The notes beneath the pieces were generated by a model that saw only the letters and a list, made by a program, of their open reading frames with translations, did no database searches and was not told the origin of the DNA. A program made the translations under genes and the position numbers. DNA of 64,000 nt, from sequence record OP557969.1; one strand, given 5' to 3'. Positions within the stretch are counted from its first letter, which is position 1. Every line of letters starts with the position of its first letter. Of this stretch, positions 1-18,346 are shown piece after piece.

Positions 1-2
1 AA

Positions 3-380
3 ATAATTACAGAATTTTCACCGTGGAGAACGGTTTCCAAAATAGTCAATAGGCCATTTAAAGTGGATCTCCCACAAAATCAAGATAAAATTGAAGTTAT
101 TCTTGATAGTGAGAGTCGAGTCTTTATTGATTATATTGCATATGATGATACTGAAGAGGTTTTAGAATCTGGAACAGTCCAAATTGTGGCGATTGGCTCA
201 AAGGCGATGTTTGCACAGTCTAATAACACAAATCGAAATGATGCGATTATATCTATTACATTTGAAGATCCTGCATATGATCCAACAACTGGAAATATGC
301 AATTCAATATAGTTAACTCGGATTATTTAAATGCAGGATATCATATAGAATTTGTATATCGTGGGTGGGACAAACCTTAA
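3..380 (+). CDS. 3' part of a hypothetical protein, truncated at the window edge
   Basis: The frame of track ORF 63..380 is open back to position 3, so the real start probably lies upstream of the window; stop TAA at 380. Confidence 0.7.
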   Translation: MITEFSPWRTVSKIVNRPFKVDLPQNQDKIEVILDSESRVFIDYIAYDDTEEVLESGTVQIVAIGSKAMFAQSNNTNRNDAIISITFEDPAYDPTTGNMQFNIVNSDYLNAGYHIEFVYRGWDKP

Positions 381-400
381 AAGGCGTCCCGCCTTTTTCT
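381..400 (+). terminator. Probable intrinsic terminator
   Basis: AAGGCG-TCC-CGCCTT followed by a T tract. Confidence 0.55.
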
Positions 401-443
401 TCCACTAAAAAAGTAATTTACATCAAAAAAACAAGGATGACAT

Positions 444-2762
444 ATGATTAACGTAACCAAGCGTAATGGAATGAAAGAACCGTTATCATTGGATAAGATC
501 CATCAGATTTTATTTTTCGCTGCTGAAGGTCTAAGTGGTATTTCAGTTTCTGAAATTGAACTTCGTGCACAACTTCAGTTTTATGAAGGTATTGAAACCA
601 GTACTATTCATGATATTCTGATTAAAGCAGCCGCAGAACTTATTTCAGAAGATACACCAAATTACCAATATGTTGCTGGTAGATTATTAAACTATAGTAT
701 TCGTAAGCAAGTATATGGGCAGTATGACCCGATTAAATATGCTGCTCATCTTCAAGAAATGGTTGATATCAAAATATATGATCCTGAAATTCTTGAAAAA
801 TATACTCTTCAAGAAATAGAAGAGCTTGGGCGTTATATCAAACATAAACGTGACGATAAATTTACTTATGTTGCAATGCGACAATGGGAAGGAAAATACC
901 TTTACAAAAACCGCGTTACTAAGAAAATTTATGAAACTCCACAAATGGCATATATGACTATTGCCGCAATCATTTTTATGGAGTATGATCGTTCCGTTCG
1001 TATGTCATATGTTAAAAAGTTTTATGATGCAGTAAGTAACTTTGACATTAGTCTTCCTACACCTATTATGGCTGGTCTACGTACAAACACACGTCAGTTT
1101 AGCTCTTGTGTAGTTCTAAATGTTGGTGACAGCTTGGATAGTATTGGTTCATCTAACCACGCCATTCTACGTTATATTTCACGTAAAGCTGGTCTTGGTA
1201 TTAATATGGGCCGCATTCGTGCCCTAGACTCCGAGATTCGTTCAGGTGATGCAGTACATACTGGATTGATTCCGTTCATTGCAGCTACTGCTAAAACTGT
1301 TAAAAGCTGTTCACAAGGTGGTGTTCGTGGTGGAGCAGCAACTGTTCACTTCCCATTGTGGCATTTGGAATTTGATAACTTGGTAGTTCTTAAAAACAAC
1401 AAAGGAACTGAGTTTAACCGTGTACGTCAACTGGACTATTGTTTCCAAGTAAACAAAACTTTGTATCAACGTTTGGTTGATGGAAAGAATATCACGTTCT
1501 TTAGTCCTAATGAAGTTCCTGGGTTATATGATGCATTTTGCTCTGATCAAAAAGAATTTGAAAAGCTATATAAAAAATACGAATCTGACCAAAGCATCCG
1601 TAAAAAATCCGTACCTGCTGTTGAAGTATTCAGTACTCTAATGACTGAGCGTGCAGAAACTGGTCGCATTTATATTCAAAATATTGACCATGCAAACACA
1701 CACTCAACCTTTATTGAATCAATTGCACCAATTGAACAATCCAACTTGTGCCAAGAAATTGCACTACCATCTGTACCATTTGATGATATTAATACAGGTG
1801 AAGGTTTGATTAGTCTATGTACTTTGAGTGCAATCAACTGGGGTAACTTTGATCGCCCAGAAGATATGGAAACTGCATGTGATCTTTCTGTACGTGCACT
1901 TGATTCTCTATTGGACTATCAAGACTATCCAGTGGTTCATGCGGATCGTGCAACAAAAATGTACCGCCCGTTGGGTGTTGGTATCATTAACTTTGCATAC
2001 TTCCTAGCCAAACGTGGGTTACGTTATAATGAGGAAGCATTAGAAACAGTTAACGAGTGGGCTGAAGCATGGTCTTATTATCTAATTAAATCTTCTGTAC
2101 AGCTTGCCAAAGAAAAAGGTAAGTGTGAAGGTTTTGACACATTAAAATATGCTAAAGGTATCCTTCCAATTGATACTTATAAATCTGATATGGATGAATT
2201 AGTAACTAAAGAGCTAAAACAAGATTGGAAATCTTTGCGTGAAGATATCAAACAATATGGTATTCGTAATGCTACAACTATGGCTCTAATGCCAGCAGAA
2301 ACAAGTGCACAAATCAGTAACAGTACTAACGGTATTGAAAAACCTCGTTCTCTTGTAACAAAGAAACTATCAAAAGATGGTATTCTGAAACAAGTAGTTC
2401 CTGAAATCAATAAGTTGAAAAACAAATATGATTTACTATGGGAACAAAAAGATAACATTGGCTATCTACAAATTTGTGGTGTTCTACAAAAATACATTGA
2501 TCAAAGTATCAGCGTTAATACCAGTTACAATCCAGTACATTTCCCTGATGGAAAGTTACCAATGTCAACTCTCCTAACTGAGCTTATGTATGCATATAAA
2601 GTAGGGCTTAAGAACCTGTACTATCATAATACCAATGACGGTTCGGATGAAGTAGATGTTGAAAAAGTACTCAAAGAAGCATCTAAACCAGAATCAGGGC
2701 AGTTTGTGTTACCTACATTACCTGACTTGGATGAAGGTGATTGTGATAGTTGTAAAATCTAA
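444..2762 (+). CDS. nrdA: Ribonucleoside-diphosphate reductase class Ia, alpha subunit
   Basis: N-terminal ATP cone (VTKRNG), SSCVV, QSNLCQEI thiyl-radical motif, GLKNLYY, C-terminal CDSCKI; uninterrupted. Confidence 0.98.
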   Translation: MINVTKRNGMKEPLSLDKIHQILFFAAEGLSGISVSEIELRAQLQFYEGIETSTIHDILIKAAAELISEDTPNYQYVAGRLLNYSIRKQVYGQYDPIKYAAHLQEMVDIKIYDPEILEKYTLQEIEELGRYIKHKRDDKFTYVAMRQWEGKYLYKNRVTKKIYETPQMAYMTIAAIIFMEYDRSVRMSYVKKFYDAVSNFDISLPTPIMAGLRTNTRQFSSCVVLNVGDSLDSIGSSNHAILRYISRKAGLGINMGRIRALDSEIRSGDAVHTGLIPFIAATAKTVKSCSQGGVRGGAATVHFPLWHLEFDNLVVLKNNKGTEFNRVRQLDYCFQVNKTLYQRLVDGKNITFFSPNEVPGLYDAFCSDQKEFEKLYKKYESDQSIRKKSVPAVEVFSTLMTERAETGRIYIQNIDHANTHSTFIESIAPIEQSNLCQEIALPSVPFDDINTGEGLISLCTLSAINWGNFDRPEDMETACDLSVRALDSLLDYQDYPVVHADRATKMYRPLGVGIINFAYFLAKRGLRYNEEALETVNEWAEAWSYYLIKSSVQLAKEKGKCEGFDTLKYAKGILPIDTYKSDMDELVTKELKQDWKSLREDIKQYGIRNATTMALMPAETSAQISNSTNGIEKPRSLVTKKLSKDGILKQVVPEINKLKNKYDLLWEQKDNIGYLQICGVLQKYIDQSISVNTSYNPVHFPDGKLPMSTLLTELMYAYKVGLKNLYYHNTNDGSDEVDVEKVLKEASKPESGQFVLPTLPDLDEGDCDSCKI

Positions 2763-2767
2763 ATAAA

Positions 2768-2787
2768 AATCCCGCTTCGGCGGGATT
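2768..2787 (+). terminator. cUUCGg-capped hairpin between nrdA and nrdB (terminator or mRNA-stabilising)
   Basis: AATCCCGC-TTCG-GCGGGATT. Confidence 0.6.
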
Positions 2788-2816
2788 AATCTTTCCGAAT
2801 ATTTAAAGGAATATAT

Positions 2817-3941
2817 ATGTCAGTTTTTAAAATTAATGAGAAATCTCACCTAGAAAAAAATATGTTTTTTGATGAAAGTGTTGACATTCAACGATTTGAA
2901 AGTGTGAAATATTCAGCACTAGAGAAACTAACTGAACAACAGAAAAGTTTCTTCTGGACCCCTGGTGAAGTTGATGTATCCAAGGATAAAATTGATTTTG
3001 CCAACCTTAATGATTCAGAGAAGCACATTTTTACCTCTAACTTGAAACGTCAAATTCTTCTTGATTCTGTACAAGGTCGTGGTCCAAACCTAATGCTACT
3101 ACCATATGCATCACTACCTGAATTAGAGAACTTTATTGAGACATGGGCATTCTTTGAAGGTGCTATTCATAGTAAATCATATACTCATATTATTCGTAAC
3201 ATTTACCCTAATCCATCTGAAGTGTTTGATACTATGTTGGACATTCCAGAAATCACAGATTGTGCGGCTGATGTGTCTAAGTATTATGATGAACTGGATG
3301 AGCTAGGTACATGGTATAAAGTACTGGGTGAAGGAACTCACAATGTCAATGGTAAAACTATTGTTGTTGATATGTACGAACTTAAAAAGAAAATGTGGTT
3401 GTGTCTGAATAGTATTAACATCCTTGAGGGTGTGCGTTTTTACGCTAGTTTTGCCTGTTCGTGGGCCTACGCCGAAAACAAGCTTATGGAAGGTAATGCC
3501 AAAATTATTCGTCTAATTTGTCGTGATGAAAATTTACACTTAGCGGCAACACAAATGATTCTTCGCCTACTTAAGAAAGAAGATCTAGACTTTGCAAAAA
3601 TTGCAGAAGAGTGTTATGATGAAGTACTGGAAATGTTTATGTCTGCTATTCGCCAAGAAGAAGCTTGGGCAGATTTCCTCTTTAAAGATGGTTCTATTAT
3701 TGGATTGAACTCTGAAATTCTTAAACAGTATGTTCGCTGGATTGGATCTAAGCGTATGACGGCACTTGGTATCAAATGTCCATATACTGTATCCAAGAGT
3801 AACCCACTACCGTGGACTGAACACTGGGTAAGTGGTAGTTCTGTACAGGTAGCACCACAAGAAACTGAAATCAGTTCTTATATCATTGGTGGTATTGTGA
3901 ATGATATTCAAGAAGATACATTCACACCATTCAAACTATAA
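2817..3941 (+). CDS. nrdB: Ribonucleoside-diphosphate reductase class Ia, beta subunit
   Basis: FFWTPGEVD, LLDSVQG, EGAIHSKSY, LEGVRFY, RDENLH, VAPQETEISSY. Confidence 0.98.
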   Translation: MSVFKINEKSHLEKNMFFDESVDIQRFESVKYSALEKLTEQQKSFFWTPGEVDVSKDKIDFANLNDSEKHIFTSNLKRQILLDSVQGRGPNLMLLPYASLPELENFIETWAFFEGAIHSKSYTHIIRNIYPNPSEVFDTMLDIPEITDCAADVSKYYDELDELGTWYKVLGEGTHNVNGKTIVVDMYELKKKMWLCLNSINILEGVRFYASFACSWAYAENKLMEGNAKIIRLICRDENLHLAATQMILRLLKKEDLDFAKIAEECYDEVLEMFMSAIRQEEAWADFLFKDGSIIGLNSEILKQYVRWIGSKRMTALGIKCPYTVSKSNPLPWTEHWVSGSSVQVAPQETEISSYIIGGIVNDIQEDTFTPFKL

Positions 3942-3954
3942 AATAAAACTAACA

Positions 3955-3977
3955 GGGATTCATAGAATCCCTTTTCT
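3955..3977 (+). terminator. Intrinsic terminator after nrdB
   Basis: GGGATTC-ATA-GAATCCC-TTTT. Confidence 0.65.
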
Positions 3978-3989
3978 TATGGAATTTTT

Positions 3990-4157
3990 ATGAGTGATAT
4001 TTTTACAATTGAGCGTAATGTTATCTATGACTTCTACCTAACTGGTGGATTTAAGGTAACTGGTGCGGTATCTGATGTTTGTCCAAATGGACTTGTACTG
4101 GTCGATGGTACTAGAGTTGTTCAGGCACATATTGTTATGTTTGTACCAACCAAATAA
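3990..4157 (+). CDS. 55-aa Sm/Hfq-like protein (below the ORF-track cutoff)
   Basis: MSDIFTIERNVIYDFYLTGGFKVTGAVSDVCPNGLVLVDGTRVVQAHIVMFVPTK; resembles Hfq Sm1 (IYLVNGIKLQG) and Sm2 (VYKHAISTVVP); GGA RBS. Confidence 0.55.
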   Translation: MSDIFTIERNVIYDFYLTGGFKVTGAVSDVCPNGLVLVDGTRVVQAHIVMFVPTK

Positions 4158-4163
4158 AAATTT

Positions 4164-5593
<1,430 letters not shown>

Positions 5594-5597
5594 TAAA

Positions 5598-5624
5598 AAA
5601 GGAGCAACATATTGTTGCTCCTTT
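5598..5624. terminator. Bidirectional terminator between convergent genes
   Basis: AAAGGAGCAACA-TAT-TGTTGCTCCTTT. Confidence 0.8.
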
Positions 5625-5627
5625 AAC

Positions 5628-9791
<4,164 letters not shown>

Positions 9792-9853
9792 AAAAACTAA
9801 ATGCTATACATAAATATTTTTTTGATTTTTAATAATAAATAATCAAGAGTGTT

Positions 9854-10444
9854 TTGTATTATGGAGAAGAATATACAATGAACAATTTACTACAAGTATT
9901 TAAAATTGAAGTTGCAGGGACAAATCTAGATAATATTCCATATTATATGTATGGTGATTATGATTCGTCTTCCACTACGACTGCACCGACAGATCAGCAG
10001 ACAATTGATAAGTCAGTTGCATTATTGCGTTACCTACAGCTATCTCGTCTGTTATCTACTTATACTGTACCAGTATACAGTACTGTTGAATTTGAGATCC
10101 CAGGAACTGCAAAAACAATCCCAACTGGTGCGACAATTACTGTTGGTTACATTAGTTACGAGCCATTTCTTAGTACACTAAGTGCCACCGAGCAAGCAGC
10201 ATTAAGTACTGAAGAAATGAAAACAGCAAAAGCCGCTGAGATTATCCAAACACTAATCAATGATTCATTGAAAGGTGATGGCACTAATGCAATGGTAAAT
10301 GAAGAGATCACCGTACAGAAAACTATCAATCGCAGTAAGGACGCACTTAGTACAAGTACTGTTGATTTTATTGAATATGAGAACGTGTATCTAGATGTTC
10401 CGTCTGTTACTGACGCATCGGTAGTATCTTACGTTAAACTATAA
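9854..10444 (+). CDS. Hypothetical protein, possibly virion-associated (likely start 9878)
   Basis: ORF track; GGAG RBS before ATG 9878; TAAATA motifs upstream. Confidence 0.7.
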   Translation: MYYGEEYTMNNLLQVFKIEVAGTNLDNIPYYMYGDYDSSSTTTAPTDQQTIDKSVALLRYLQLSRLLSTYTVPVYSTVEFEIPGTAKTIPTGATITVGYISYEPFLSTLSATEQAALSTEEMKTAKAAEIIQTLINDSLKGDGTNAMVNEEITVQKTINRSKDALSTSTVDFIEYENVYLDVPSVTDASVVSYVKL

Positions 10445-10467
10445 TTTTATAACATGGAGTTCTTGAC

Positions 10468-10662
10468 ATGACTAACAAAACATTTTATGATCGTATTATT
10501 GAAGACAAGGGAGTTTTTGATAAGGTAGTTTATGACTTAGAACTTATGATCAAAGACGCACCGAATCCAAGAGTACGAACCCAAGCAGAGTTTGCAAAAA
10601 CTTATCTTGTTCAAGTACAAGCAATTTGTGAAGCAATCAAAAAACATAATGATAGTGCTTGA
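10468..10662 (+). CDS. Hypothetical protein
   Basis: ORF track; GGAG RBS. Confidence 0.7.
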   Translation: MTNKTFYDRIIEDKGVFDKVVYDLELMIKDAPNPRVRTQAEFAKTYLVQVQAICEAIKKHNDSA

Positions 10663-10687
10663 CAGAACAAAAGTTCTATCCTATAAT
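10659..10687 (+). promoter_or_regulatory. Consensus sigma70 promoter driving the IF3 gene
   Basis: TTGACA-N17-TATAAT. Confidence 0.85.
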
Positions 10688-10731
10688 TACTATCGAACAA
10701 CACATTAAAATCATATTGGAGTTTTTATTAC

Positions 10732-11794
<1,063 letters not shown>

Positions 11795-11805
11795 AATATA
11801 AACTT

Positions 11806-13973
<2,168 letters not shown>

Positions 13974-13974
<1 letters not shown>

Positions 13975-14765
13975 TGCCTAGTAAAAGCAAAAGTCAAGCC
14001 AAATTCTTTGCTATCGCAGCACATGATCCAGAATTTGCAAAGAAAGCGGGAATTTCACAAAGTACTGCGAAAGAATGGAATACCGCAGATGAAAAGGAAG
14101 GAAATCTTAAAAAAAGTTCTAAACTTCCTAATAAGGTAAAAGAATCAAGTATGCGTGGTTTGGTAGATATAGTAAAAGATGCAGAACTTGCTGATGATAC
14201 AAAAGAAGAACCATGTGATATAATTGATGAATCTGATGATATTGAAAAGTTGGAAGAAATGCCACAACGATTTGATAGTTTTCAAGGTCAAGACCGAGAT
14301 GAGTTTGTCGATAAAACTGCCAAACTAACTGGTAAACATAACATGGTTAAGTTCGCAGAACATAAAGACTATGATGTGTATATTAATAAAAACGGTTCTG
14401 GATTTATCGCTTATGATAAGTCTGGTAAACAGCTTGCTGTCGTTAGTGGTCATTTATCTAATGATGCAGTTCTTGGTGTACAAAATGTATTTGAGATTGC
14501 AGCCACTGCATCTAAAACTGGCACTAAAGGTATCATCTATAACATCTTTATGGATATGGTTGCCCATGGCATTAAAGTGCTAAGCGATAGTTTACACACA
14601 GATGATGCAATTAAATTCTGGACGCGATTGATTGGCTCACATCAAGTTTATGTTGTTGGTGGTGGAGAAGTTCTTTCAAAGGCGAGTCCAGATAAGATTC
14701 ATAAGTACTGGAGTGATGATGAGTCAAGTCCAAGTGCTGAACTTCAACTTATGTTAGTGAAATAA
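13974..14765 (+). CDS. Hypothetical protein, possible C-terminal GNAT-like fold
   Basis: ORF track; C-terminal pattern GIIYNIF..VLSDSLHTDDAIKFWTRL. Confidence 0.7.
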
Positions 14766-14858
14766 TACATCGGGGCATTTTGTCCCGATATTTTTTGAGA
14801 CAATAATCACATTGGTGATACAATGTTTTGTGACAAAGAGACATGATAAGGAATTCAA

Positions 14859-16823
14859 ATGGCTAAGAAAGAAAGTGCTGTCCTACAGGAACATGATGTT
14901 CAACGACTAAACGATTATCAACATGCTCGTTTACGTACTGAGATGTATCTCGGTTCTCGTTCAGTACATGAAAGTCAAGTACTGATTTTTGGTGAATCAG
15001 GATATGAAGTTAAGAACGTAGAATGGGTTCCTGCAATTCTTACTGCTACGCGTGAAATTATTGATAATAGCTTGGATGAATTTAAAAAAGCTGGAACTAA
15101 AGAACCTGTTTTGAAAGTTGATTTCAATGAAGAAGAACTATCATTTGAGATTAGTGATAATGGTCGTGGTATTCCGATTGATTATGTTCCAGAGTATCAA
15201 AAAAACCTATGTACAATGGTAATGACTGAAACAAAAACAGGTCGTAACTTTGACGATTCAAAACGTGATGAAACTATTGGTCAGAATGGTTTGGGTGGTT
15301 CAGTTGCGATGATTGTTAGTTCTAAGGCAGAATTGGAAATTCATCGTCAAGGTCGTCCATATAAAACACAAAGCAGTAATGATGGTTATGATGGGTTTTA
15401 TAAGTTCAATCAGAAGTTCGAAGAAGGAACTATTATGTTCCCTGAACTTCATGTACATGAACCTACAATTAGAAAGGTACAAACCGATAAAACTGGAACA
15501 ACAATTCGTTTTACATTGAGCAAAGAAGTTTTTCCAAATAGAAAATTACCTACTGAATTACTTTACAGTATTCTTAAAGAAATGGCAGCCGCAAACCCGA
15601 CTTATAAAATATTTTTGAATGGTAAACGTATTGTCATTAAAGGTAATACAGAGAAAGCATTGTTCAATGCATCGAAATTAATGCAGTTGCATGTTAAAGA
15701 TGATTCATTCAATTTTAACAGTACTTTTTATATTGTTCCTAATGCAGTATCTAACATGAACACCAACTTTCATATGCATGGTTTGGTTAACAATGCACCT
15801 GCTTTTGATGGCGGTACACATCTTGACACATTTAAAAAATTCTTTTCTTTGGGTGTAGGAGCAGCACTAGAGAAAGAATCCAAGAAACGTAGAATGAAAC
15901 CAAACCGTTCTGACATTGAAGAAGGATTGTTGATTTATAACGTCACGACTATGAAAGCACCTTCATTCAACTCACAGATTAAATCTAAACTAACAAATGA
16001 AAATGTAATTCGTCCTATTCAACAAGCAATGAGTTCTGAGTGGTTTGATGAATTGGTTAAGAAGAATAAAGAGTGGGTTGATGAAATTTTTGAACGCTGT
16101 GCGGCCCGTACTAATAAGAAAGATGCTGAAGAAGATCGCCGTTTGGCTAAAAAGCTTCTAAAAGGTAAGGTTGCAAAATTACTTGATAGTACTGGTACTG
16201 ATCGTTCACAGTGTATTTTATTGATTGCAGAAGGTGACTCTGCTATTTCCAACATGGCAAGTGCTCGTATACCAAGTATTCATGGGATTCTACCATTGCG
16301 TGGAAAGATTATGAACGTCAGTGGTTCTGAAAAGACCAAAGAATTAATGGATTCGATGGCATTGCATGACATAATGGCTAGTATCAATTTAGTACCAGGA
16401 GTTAAAGCTGAACGAGCAGACCTGAACTATGGTAAGCTTTATATTTGTGCAGATGAAGATGAAGATGGTAAGAATATCGGAGCATTAGTGTGTAACTTCC
16501 TGTTCAAATTCTGGCCTGAATTGTTCCAAGATCCAGAAAATCCATTTGTGTACATATTCAAAACTCCATTTATCATTCTAGAGAAAGGTAAGGAAACAAA
16601 ATACTACTATGGTCATGACGTACATGAATACAATCCTGACGATTGGAAAGGTTGGAAAGCAACTCGTGCAAAAGGGCTTGGTACGTTAGAAAAATCAAAC
16701 TTCCGCGACGCATTCACACATAGTGTTGCAGTAGCAATCACGGATGATGGACGTCTTGGTGAAACTCTTGATTTGATTTTCAACAAGAAACGTGCAGATG
16801 ACCGCAAGAACTGGATGGAATAA
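14859..16823 (+). CDS. Type II DNA topoisomerase large subunit (gp39+60 / GyrB-like)
   Basis: GHKL motifs EIIDNSLDE, DNGRGIP, GQNGLGG; Toprim motifs AEGDSA, PLRGKIMN, DEDEDG. Confidence 0.95.
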   Translation: MAKKESAVLQEHDVQRLNDYQHARLRTEMYLGSRSVHESQVLIFGESGYEVKNVEWVPAILTATREIIDNSLDEFKKAGTKEPVLKVDFNEEELSFEISDNGRGIPIDYVPEYQKNLCTMVMTETKTGRNFDDSKRDETIGQNGLGGSVAMIVSSKAELEIHRQGRPYKTQSSNDGYDGFYKFNQKFEEGTIMFPELHVHEPTIRKVQTDKTGTTIRFTLSKEVFPNRKLPTELLYSILKEMAAANPTYKIFLNGKRIVIKGNTEKALFNASKLMQLHVKDDSFNFNSTFYIVPNAVSNMNTNFHMHGLVNNAPAFDGGTHLDTFKKFFSLGVGAALEKESKKRRMKPNRSDIEEGLLIYNVTTMKAPSFNSQIKSKLTNENVIRPIQQAMSSEWFDELVKKNKEWVDEIFERCAARTNKKDAEEDRRLAKKLLKGKVAKLLDSTGTDRSQCILLIAEGDSAISNMASARIPSIHGILPLRGKIMNVSGSEKTKELMDSMALHDIMASINLVPGVKAERADLNYGKLYICADEDEDGKNIGALVCNFLFKFWPELFQDPENPFVYIFKTPFIILEKGKETKYYYGHDVHEYNPDDWKGWKATRAKGLGTLEKSNFRDAFTHSVAVAITDDGRLGETLDLIFNKKRADDRKNWME

Positions 16824-16873
16824 TATAGGCTAATGGGGGACATTGTGTTCCCCTTTTATAAAGAGACAATGGA

Positions 16874-18286
16874 ATGGCTAAAAGTAAAAAAACAGAAAAT
16901 CATAATATCGATAACCAAACGCTAACTCTACTAGATTATAACAGTTCTGATTATGTGAATACCACATCATTAGAGTATTCAATGTACACACTAGATCGTG
17001 CAATTCCAGGCATTGACGGTCTAAAGAGTTCACAACGAAAAGCAATTTTCACATTATCTAAAATCAGTGGTGAAATTAAAACAGTATCATGTGCTGGTAA
17101 AATGATCAGTGATGGTATCTATCTTCATGGTGACACATCTGCATCAGGAACACTTCAGAACTTAGCATCACCAGTAGCCAATAATTATCCACTAATAGGC
17201 AAACGTGGTGGTTTTGGTACACAAGTAAACAGTACACCAGCATCTGCTCGTTACACATACGTGAAGAAGAATAAGAGTACTGAGATGCTTGTTTTGCGTG
17301 ATGTAGATATTATTCCAATGAAAGAGAACTATGACGGTACAACATACGAACCAGTTCATTTCTTGCCTATCATTCCATTATCATTGTTTGGTAATGATAG
17401 TATGTCAGTTGGTTATAAGAGCACAATTCTACCACATAAAATTGAAGATATTATTGATAACTGTATTCGTGCTATTGATAAAAAACCACTAAAAGAAATG
17501 ACCCCATATTATGTTTCATGTGGTGCAAGTGATGTAGTAACCAAGCTGGATGAAAACAAGTACGAGTTCTATGGTAAAGCACAAGTCATTGATGCAAGTA
17601 CTGTTAAAGTAACAGGATTACCACCTAATTATGGTATTGAGAAGTTCATTGAAAAACTGATCAAAATGAGTGATGATGGGGAAATTCGTGATTATGACAA
17701 TAACAGTACTGATGTAATTGATATTACAATTAAACTTCCACGTGGAACTTCAGCTAAATGGACAGAGATGGATGTTATTGAGTATTTTGGTATTAACAAA
17801 AAAATAACTCAACATTTAACTGTTCTTGGTGAAAATGGTAAAGTAAAAGTTTACGATACTACTATGGATTTGATTAAAGACTTCGTGGATTTTCGTTTCA
17901 AATATTATATCAAGCGTTATGAAAAGAAACTTGATGATTGTGCCGCTGAGGTTCGTTATAAAATTCTAATTAAAGAATGTTTCGATAATGATATGATTGC
18001 GAAAGTAAAAGGATTTGCAAACCGTACCGAAATGGTTAATTTTGTTAAGTCGTTAAATACTGAAATTGAAGCATCTGACGAGAATATCCAAAGTATTGTT
18101 AACTTCCCATCATATCGCTGGACACAAGATAACTACCAATCAGTACTGCAAGATATTCAAGACAATCTAGAATTGATGGATAAGTACAATGAATTACTAT
18201 CCAACCATGATCTGATTTGGGATATTTATAAATCCGAACTTAAAGAACTAAAAAAGATTGATTTCACACCTAAATCTGATAATTGA
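16874..18286 (+). CDS. Type II DNA topoisomerase medium subunit (gp52 / GyrA-like)
   Basis: RAIPGIDGLKSSQRK, YLHGDTS, catalytic ASARYT. Confidence 0.95.
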   Translation: MAKSKKTENHNIDNQTLTLLDYNSSDYVNTTSLEYSMYTLDRAIPGIDGLKSSQRKAIFTLSKISGEIKTVSCAGKMISDGIYLHGDTSASGTLQNLASPVANNYPLIGKRGGFGTQVNSTPASARYTYVKKNKSTEMLVLRDVDIIPMKENYDGTTYEPVHFLPIIPLSLFGNDSMSVGYKSTILPHKIEDIIDNCIRAIDKKPLKEMTPYYVSCGASDVVTKLDENKYEFYGKAQVIDASTVKVTGLPPNYGIEKFIEKLIKMSDDGEIRDYDNNSTDVIDITIKLPRGTSAKWTEMDVIEYFGINKKITQHLTVLGENGKVKVYDTTMDLIKDFVDFRFKYYIKRYEKKLDDCAAEVRYKILIKECFDNDMIAKVKGFANRTEMVNFVKSLNTEIEASDENIQSIVNFPSYRWTQDNYQSVLQDIQDNLELMDKYNELLSNHDLIWDIYKSELKELKKIDFTPKSDN

Positions 18287-18327
18287 TATATTTAATGGAA
18301 GACCCAATGGGTCTTCCTTGTCCTTTA

Positions 18328-18335
18328 TATAAATA
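18328..18335 (+). promoter_or_regulatory. T4-type late promoter
   Basis: TATAAATA upstream of a large structural-type gene. Confidence 0.6.
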
Positions 18336-18346
18336 ATCTATAGATA

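Noticed and set aside
444-3941. Introns or inteins in nrdA and nrdB, common in T4-like phages
   Set aside because: Both ORFs are continuous and of normal length
14859-16823. T4-type gene 60 translational bypass or split large subunit
   Set aside because: The ATPase and Toprim domains are in one continuous ORF
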